From Candidatus Woesebacteria bacterium (GTDB taxonomy: Bacteria; Patescibacteriota; Microgenomatia; UBA1400; MFAQ01), in assembly GCA_035389185.1 (NCBI GenBank), contig DAOORK010000001.1:695419-759418 (forward strand): a DNA stretch of 64,000 bases, written 5' to 3'. Below are positions 57,460 to 64,000 of this stretch, one piece after another. A model generated the notes under the pieces. It had not been told where the DNA came from. It searched no databases and worked only from the letters and a program-made list of their open reading frames with translations. A program made the translations under genes and the position numbers. Within the stretch, counting starts at the first letter, position 1, and each line of letters begins with the position of its first letter.

Positions 57460-57870
57460 TTATTCTTCGGGGATTTCGATGAACAGAAGAATTTTTGTAA
57501 GTTCGGAGCTCCAATTTATGGGAGCAACGGCGCTATTACTTGGAAAGAGAAACCTGATGAACTCTTTGAAATCTGCCCTTACCGTTTTTGAAGTGTGTTT
57601 GTGGTCTTGGGTATAGATTGTCGATTTGGTGATCCAGACTCCAAACTCTTTTGTTTGATAAACCACGTTGTAGGTGAAGTCGCCGGTAACGCCATTGGGA
57701 ATAACATTGATGATACCGCAGGTTGTAAAAAAATGGTTCTTAGATTTTTCAATAGATTTGGCGTCGGTTCCTGAAAATTGATGATCAAGTTCAATATCGA
57801 TCGAATCAAATGCGGATGCGGTTCCAATGTGTGATTCTAATACGACATGATACTTATACTTTTTGGGCAC
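57460..57870 (-). CDS. Hypothetical orphan protein
   Basis: TTGACA promoter, AAGGAGG SD, GTG start, terminator at 57418-57443. Confidence 0.65.
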   Translation of the reverse strand: MPKKYKYHVVLESHIGTASAFDSIDIELDHQFSGTDAKSIEKSKNHFFTTCGIINVIPNGVTGDFTYNVVYQTKEFGVWITKSTIYTQDHKHTSKTVRADFKEFIRFLFPSNSAVAPINWSSELTKILLFIEIPEE

Positions 57871-58196
57871 AATTTCCTCCTTTGGAAATCGAAGATATTT
57901 GAATTTTTAAGATTGCGAACTAAGACCTATATAGTAGTATAGGAGGGGGGAATTGTCAAGAATAGGTATTGGCCGACTAGTACTTTTTTTACAGTATGTG
58001 GTAAAATATTTGTGTTCGCGAAAGGTACTAATTTCTTCTTTGGGAGTCGTTTTTCTACTTGCCAAATGTAGGTATGGTTGTGTACAATAGCGAAGCTCGT
58101 TAACAAGTGAAGCAGCCAAGTATGCACTGGGTGCATATTTGATACTATTTTTTTGTCATTTGAAAAGTGGCAGAGAGTGACGTTTAAAAAGCAATT

Positions 58197-59683
<1,487 letters not shown>

Positions 59684-59792
59684 CTAGGAGTTAAGGACTT
59701 CACGAGTCCGATGATAATATCGCCACACTATTGGTAAATGAGTGTCTAAATAAAACTTACCTAGACTCTCTCCACTTTTCAGTTGATAAAAC

Positions 59793-59823
59793 AAAAAATG
59801 CCACCCTTTGGGGTGGATTTTTT
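59793..59823 (+). terminator. Terminator after 16S
   Basis: CCACCC-TTTG-GGGTGG-ATTTTTT. Confidence 0.75.
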
Positions 59824-59847
59824 GTGGCGTAAAGCAGATCTTTGAAC

Positions 59848-60084
59848 TAAGAGCTTGCTCGTCACCCTTTCAATAATATTCATTATTGAAATGTTGTTCC
59901 TGCGCTTCCTCTTATATTCGCTCATAGCTCACTATGCTTCGCTATGATGCTTAAATATAGACTCTTTGCCGCTTTTGAAATGATAAGAGCTTGCTCGGAA
60001 TTTGAGCATAACTTCGTTATGTAACTCAAATTCTCTGCGCTTGCCTCTTATAATCGCTCATAACTTCGTTATGATGCTTGATTA
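59848..60084. repeat. Two tandem, diverged structured repeats downstream of 16S
   Basis: TAAGAGCTTGCTCG-[hairpin]-CTGCGCTT(G)CCTCTTA-TAWTCGCTCATARC...GYTATGATGCTT at 59848-59957 and 59984-60084. Confidence 0.8.
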
Positions 60085-60230
60085 TAAAAGTAGATAGTAT
60101 ATTGCTTCACTCTGAGTACAAATAACTCGCTTTAGGGCGGGTTTTTTGTATCTATATAGCTTGACTACATCCTATAATCGTGATAATATCATGCCTGAAA
60201 TTATTCTTTGACATTTATAAGGAGGATAAG

Positions 60231-60989
60231 TTGAGAAAAATAACGATATTTTTTGTAGCAGTAATAATTTGCTTGCTTGGTTGGATGTCAAGACAGGATA
60301 CGGCGGAAGCTGTTGTAGTAAGTAAACCAACCGAGTCAATTGAGATACAAGAAGGACAGAAGGACTTTCCGGTTAATCCATATAAAGGAAGAATTTGGAA
60401 TCAGTACTGTGACAAGATTCGGGGGGATGATGGAGCGGTAATCGAGATTTCCTGTTCGGAAAGTTGGGCAAGTGAACCTCTTCCTGGAGGCTGTTCCGCC
60501 AAAACGCTTAATTACAAAGGCTATTCTGGTTGTTCGGCTGCGGCTATGGCCTATGTAATAAACCAGATGCTCTCTCCTCTGGAGATAGAAACAGCAACCG
60601 GTAAACCGGTTTTGGGAGTGACGCCTAATTTTTTGATTGATGAAGTGTTTCCGAGTAAGGGCTATTATCTGGACTGTAATGGATTTTCCGAAGTTCAGAT
60701 GATTGACATCTTAAGCTATTTTGGCCTGAGTTCCAGGACTGAACCGGTTAGCAAACACACCCTTGAAAAAACGATTCTTCCCGGCGAAATGGCAATTGTG
60801 GGGGTACGTGTTAATTACAAGGGCGAATGGATGGAACACTGGGTTGTACCGATAGATTTTGTAGACAAGAAAATTGTTTTTGCGGACAGCTATTATGGGG
60901 AAGGCGAAGCGATAGTGTTAGACGAAGTATCCGGTATATATTCTTGGGACATAATTTCTATCATGATTATTTCCAAAACCTCACCGTAG
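60231..60989 (+). CDS. Secreted papain-like (C39-like) cysteine peptidase
   Basis: Signal peptide; SGCSAAAMA (Cys), EHWVV (His), FADSY (Asp); AAGGAGG before TTG 60231. Confidence 0.7.
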   Translation: MRKITIFFVAVIICLLGWMSRQDTAEAVVVSKPTESIEIQEGQKDFPVNPYKGRIWNQYCDKIRGDDGAVIEISCSESWASEPLPGGCSAKTLNYKGYSGCSAAAMAYVINQMLSPLEIETATGKPVLGVTPNFLIDEVFPSKGYYLDCNGFSEVQMIDILSYFGLSSRTEPVSKHTLEKTILPGEMAIVGVRVNYKGEWMEHWVVPIDFVDKKIVFADSYYGEGEAIVLDEVSGIYSWDIISIMIISKTSP

Positions 60990-61093
60990 GGTGAGGTTTT
61001 TTGTATTTAGGAGTTCGGTGATAGTTTTGACTTTAGCCTATATGTAGAATAGAATACGCCTAACAAACGATCCTTAAAATTATGGAGGTAGGG

Positions 61094-61289
61094 ATGAATA
61101 TTTTTTGAATATCTTTGCTGGATGTTGGGTGGAACGGTGACCTTTTTTAGCGTTATTGGTTTGGGGGTAGCTCGTGCAATCGGGAATAAGGGTGACTGGT
61201 TGTATCTACTTCCGGGACTAATTTTTGGAATTTTATTATTGGTAATCGCCAGATGGATAAGTAAAAATGACAAAAAGGAGGAAAGGTGA
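61094..61289 (+). pseudogene. Small membrane-protein gene interrupted by a +1 frameshift at ATT TTT TGA
   Basis: GGAGG-ATG AAT ATT TTT TGA; the +1 frame continues EYLCWMLGG...LLLVIARWISKNDKKEER* and overlaps the next start (GTGA). Confidence 0.55.
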
Positions 61290-61513
61290 AATATTTACGA
61301 CTTGTGGGAAGAATTTTTGTTTGGGGGGTGATTGTGTCTGTAATGTTAGCCACGCTTGGTCTATTCGCGGCATCGATTAAGTCGATGTTTATGTCTGGAT
61401 TTACAATTGGATTTTTGATCTGGGCTGCGGTGGCGGTTCTTCTCTTTTGTTTTGAATTAGCCGGAGCAATAAGATACATGTATTATACGGAAGAAAACGA
61501 GATTTATCGGTAA
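61286..61513 (+). CDS. Small two-TM hypothetical protein
   Basis: AAGGAGG SD, GTG start, hydrophobic; terminator GACCCTC-GAAA-GAGGGTC-TTTTT. Confidence 0.65.
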   Translation: MKYLRLVGRIFVWGVIVSVMLATLGLFAASIKSMFMSGFTIGFLIWAAVAVLLFCFELAGAIRYMYYTEENEIYR

Positions 61514-61588
61514 GAAAATTAGGTAACTGACCCTCGAAAGAGGGTCTTTTTGTACAAAAGATCCCGCCATAAAGGCGAGATCTTATTG

Positions 61589-61662
61589 TGGGCGCTCATG
61601 GGGTCGAACCATGCACCTCGGTCTTATCAGGACCGCGCTCTAACCAGATGAGCTAAGCGCCC
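61589..61662 (-). tRNA. tRNA-Ile (GAU)
   Basis: Reverse complement GGGCGCT/AGCGCCC, CGGTC-CTGATAA-GACCG, CATGG-TTCGACC-CCATG. Confidence 0.95.
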
Positions 61663-61744
61663 AAACAACTCAGATATTTTATCACATGAGGCTAATTCGT
61701 GGTAGAATCATGGGGCAAATTAAAATCTGTTTTAGGAGGATGAC

Positions 61745-62155
61745 GTGACGGAAAAAAAGAGACTGACAAAAAGAGTATCGGGATTAATACTCATTTTGGT
61801 TGGCGTGGTACTGTTGGTTTTCCTTGCTTTTTCTCTTGAACTTTGGACAACTTTTGCCTTAATAGCAATTGAACTGTTGGTGTTGACTGCTATTGATATT
61901 GGCTTCCAGTATCTTAGGGCAGCCAGGAGTGAAGAGAATAAAGACGATAAAAAACATAATAAAAAGAAATCTTGTTGGCAGTATCTTATGGCCATATTGG
62001 GTTTACTGGTAACGGTGGCAGTTTGGGCATGTGCGGTGGGAATATCTTCAATCTCGATTCATTATTCGATTATGATGTTTTTGCTAGGTCTGATTTCTCT
62101 TTCGGTAGCGGTAAACATGAATATTGATGCGGGAAACCGTATGCCTGTACCATAA
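61745..62155 (+). CDS. Hypothetical four-TM membrane protein
   Basis: TGGTAGAAT promoter, AGGAGG SD, GTG start, terminator at 62167-62190. Confidence 0.65.
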   Translation: MTEKKRLTKRVSGLILILVGVVLLVFLAFSLELWTTFALIAIELLVLTAIDIGFQYLRAARSEENKDDKKHNKKKSCWQYLMAILGLLVTVAVWACAVGISSISIHYSIMMFLLGLISLSVAVNMNIDAGNRMPVP

Positions 62156-62204
62156 AAAATAAAACACCGGGTTAAACACCCGGTTTTTTTGTTATATTTG
62201 AGGA

Positions 62205-62483
62205 ATGAGTGCACTAAGAGAAAGAATTAATATGGTAATACCAACTAGCCCTGATAGTTTTGACAAGTGGGCAACGGTTTATGAAACAGAAGATGGAGGA
62301 GCAATCGTGTGTATGGATTTTGAGAATAACTTGGGAATGATGGTGGATGCAAATGAGAAGCTCAAAGAGTTGGGTATTGAGGCTGTGTTGGATATAAACT
62401 CAAAGGAAACAGCCTTTATCTTGGTGGATCAGAATAACGTGGTAGTGCCCTTTGACGTTGTGATGAAGACACTCTTTGGTTAG
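62205..62483 (+). CDS. Hypothetical protein
   Basis: 92-aa ORF with TATATT 6 nt before the ATG. Confidence 0.6.
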   Translation: MSALRERINMVIPTSPDSFDKWATVYETEDGGAIVCMDFENNLGMMVDANEKLKELGIEAVLDINSKETAFILVDQNNVVVPFDVVMKTLFG

Positions 62484-62518
62484 AAGGAAAAGCGATTTTG
62501 TGGGAAAATATCTGTGTA

Positions 62519-63538
62519 ATGAATAAAGGATTTTGGGAAAAATTAGCAAAACCGATCGTAGGCCTGTCACCGATGGACGGAGTGACGGATGCTCCTATGC
62601 GTTTTGTGGCCAAAAAATATGGCCAGCCTAACGTGATCTACACCGAGTTTGTGAGTGTGGATGGTTTGTGGCGAGTTCAAAAAAGAGGAGAAACGACCCA
62701 CAAAATTTGGAATGAATTAAAGTATGACAAAAGTGAGAAACCGGTAGTAGTGCAGCTGTTTGGAAGTGATCCTGACTCTTTTGGTGAAGCGACAAAGATT
62801 GTAGCGACAATGGGATTTGATGGGATTGATATTAACATGGGTTGTCCTTCTCCAGGCCTAGAAAAACGAGGAGGGGGAGCCGGTTTGATGAGAGATATCG
62901 GCAGAGCAAAAGCGGTTGTTGAGGCAGTACGGAGTGTGGCCGGTAATATTCCAGTGTCGGTAAAGACACGAATCGGGAGTGATCGTCCGGACAGAGACTG
63001 GTGGAAAGCGCTGACATCGATGGAGATACCGACCATTGCGATGCATGGCAGAACCTTTAGACAGTTGTACTCAGGAGAAGCTGATTGGGAGGTTTTGAGA
63101 GAAGCTTCAAAAATTATTAAGGAAAGCGGAGCACTGTTTTTGGGGAATGGGGATGTGAGTAAAGTATTAAGTATTAAGTATCAAGTATTAGGTATGGGAA
63201 ATTGGGGAATTGAGACTACTTCTGGGAGAGTGATGGAGTTGGGAAATGATTTTGACGGGGTGTTGGTTGGTCGAAAGGCTGTTGGTAATCCCTGGGCATT
63301 ACGCAAAGATGGATATGAACCTAGCCTGAAGGAAAAATTGATGACGGCTGTAGAACACGCGAGAGTGTTTGAAAGAAACTTACCAGGAAATAAATTTGAG
63401 ATTATGAGGAAACATTTAACCTGGTATGCACATGGGTTTGATGGAGCGGGTAGCCTAAGGCGTCAGTTGGTCCAGACCAACAGTGCCGACGAAGTGGAAA
63501 AATTGGTGACGGAATTTCTGGATACAGCCCAGTTTTGA
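62519..63538 (+). CDS. tRNA-dihydrouridine synthase (DusB-like)
   Basis: LSPMDGVTD, YTEFVS, QLFG, IDINMGCP, SVKTRIG, HGRT, GNGD, MRKH. Confidence 0.93.
   Translation: MNKGFWEKLAKPIVGLSPMDGVTDAPMRFVAKKYGQPNVIYTEFVSVDGLWRVQKRGETTHKIWNELKYDKSEKPVVVQLFGSDPDSFGEATKIVATMGFDGIDINMGCPSPGLEKRGGGAGLMRDIGRAKAVVEAVRSVAGNIPVSVKTRIGSDRPDRDWWKALTSMEIPTIAMHGRTFRQLYSGEADWEVLREASKIIKESGALFLGNGDVSKVLSIKYQVLGMGNWGIETTSGRVMELGNDFDGVLVGRKAVGNPWALRKDGYEPSLKEKLMTAVEHARVFERNLPGNKFEIMRKHLTWYAHGFDGAGSLRRQLVQTNSADEVEKLVTEFLDTAQF
63162..63196 (+). repeat. Heptamer tandem repeat (AAGTATT)x5, degenerate, inside dus
   Basis: AAGTATT AAGTATT AAGTATC AAGTATT AGGTATG directly after the GNGDV motif. Confidence 0.8.
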
Positions 63539-63640
63539 GGCTATTTTTGACCACTTTTTCCGCAAAATTTGCCTGTTGTTTTCTTCTTTTTTTGTCAGTA
63601 CGATGAGGATGTTGGATATTAAATATTTTTTTAAATATAT

Positions 63641-64000
63641 ATGGTTGAACAGGGCCCAAGAAGAGAAACAGTAACATCTAATCCGCCAATCCTGTCACAG
63701 GAGGAAAAAGATGCCCTATTTGATCTAATCATCGAACCATCCCAAAAGATTGAAAGAAATAATATTGGTCGAGACGAGGTGAGAATTGATTTGGCCAGTA
63801 ATGATTCAATAATGATAGTTTGTGTTTCTGATTTACATATTGGATCTGTGGCTACCGACTACAAAAAAATCGATGAGATATTTGATTTTGTGATGAAGAC
63901 AGAGAATGCCAAGATGATTCTTTTGGGTGATGAGTTTGAAGGAACAAAAGAGAAATATATGAACACCAATGTGGCCAGAATCTTGGGTGATACTGAGACT
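63641..64000 (+). CDS. Calcineurin-like metallophosphoesterase, 5' part (runs off window end)
   Basis: Open frame MVEQGP...VSDLHIGS...ILLGDEFE (DxH and GD motifs). Confidence 0.75.
   Translation, partial: MVEQGPRRETVTSNPPILSQEEKDALFDLIIEPSQKIERNNIGRDEVRIDLASNDSIMIVCVSDLHIGSVATDYKKIDEIFDFVMKTENAKMILLGDEFEGTKEKYMNTNVARILGDTET

Overview
Chromosomal housekeeping region of a small-genome bacterium, inferred to be Patescibacteria/CPR, Microgenomates (OP11)-like. The inference rests on 16S primer-site variants, an unlinked 16S gene, archaeal-type AspRS, PurA and DNA ligase, and a stand-alone PolA 5'-exonuclease. Genetic code 11 applies and most genes are on +. Contents: the nrdR 3' end, nrdJ and btuR; a VirB4/TraD-like ATPase; a tyrosine recombinase; four tRNAs (Ile-UAU, an atypical probable initiator Met-CAU, Met-CAU, Ile-GAU); repair, redox and membrane genes; a dense aminoacyl-tRNA synthetase cluster (argS, lysS, thrS, tyrS, hisS, glyQS, aspS, asnS-like, leuS, plus trpS earlier); a triple ATP-grasp ligase cluster; mnmA, purA, a lone 16S rRNA gene and several orphans. 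Main observations: (1) two miniature T-box riboswitches (argS, thrS) with the cognate codon in the apical loop of an ultrashort stem I; (2) a family of ~150-180 nt branched palindromic elements, one inserted in-frame in mnmA; (3) core genes that appear leaderless versus orphan cassettes with -35/-10, a boxA-like motif, SD and terminator; (4) tRNA-Ile(UAU) and an odd initiator tRNA; (5) a circularly permuted DsbA-type protein; (6) several enzymes with remodelled active sites (AsnRS paralog, PurA, RSH, MurB, Fic, MazG-like). All calls are by eye from motifs, with no database searches run.
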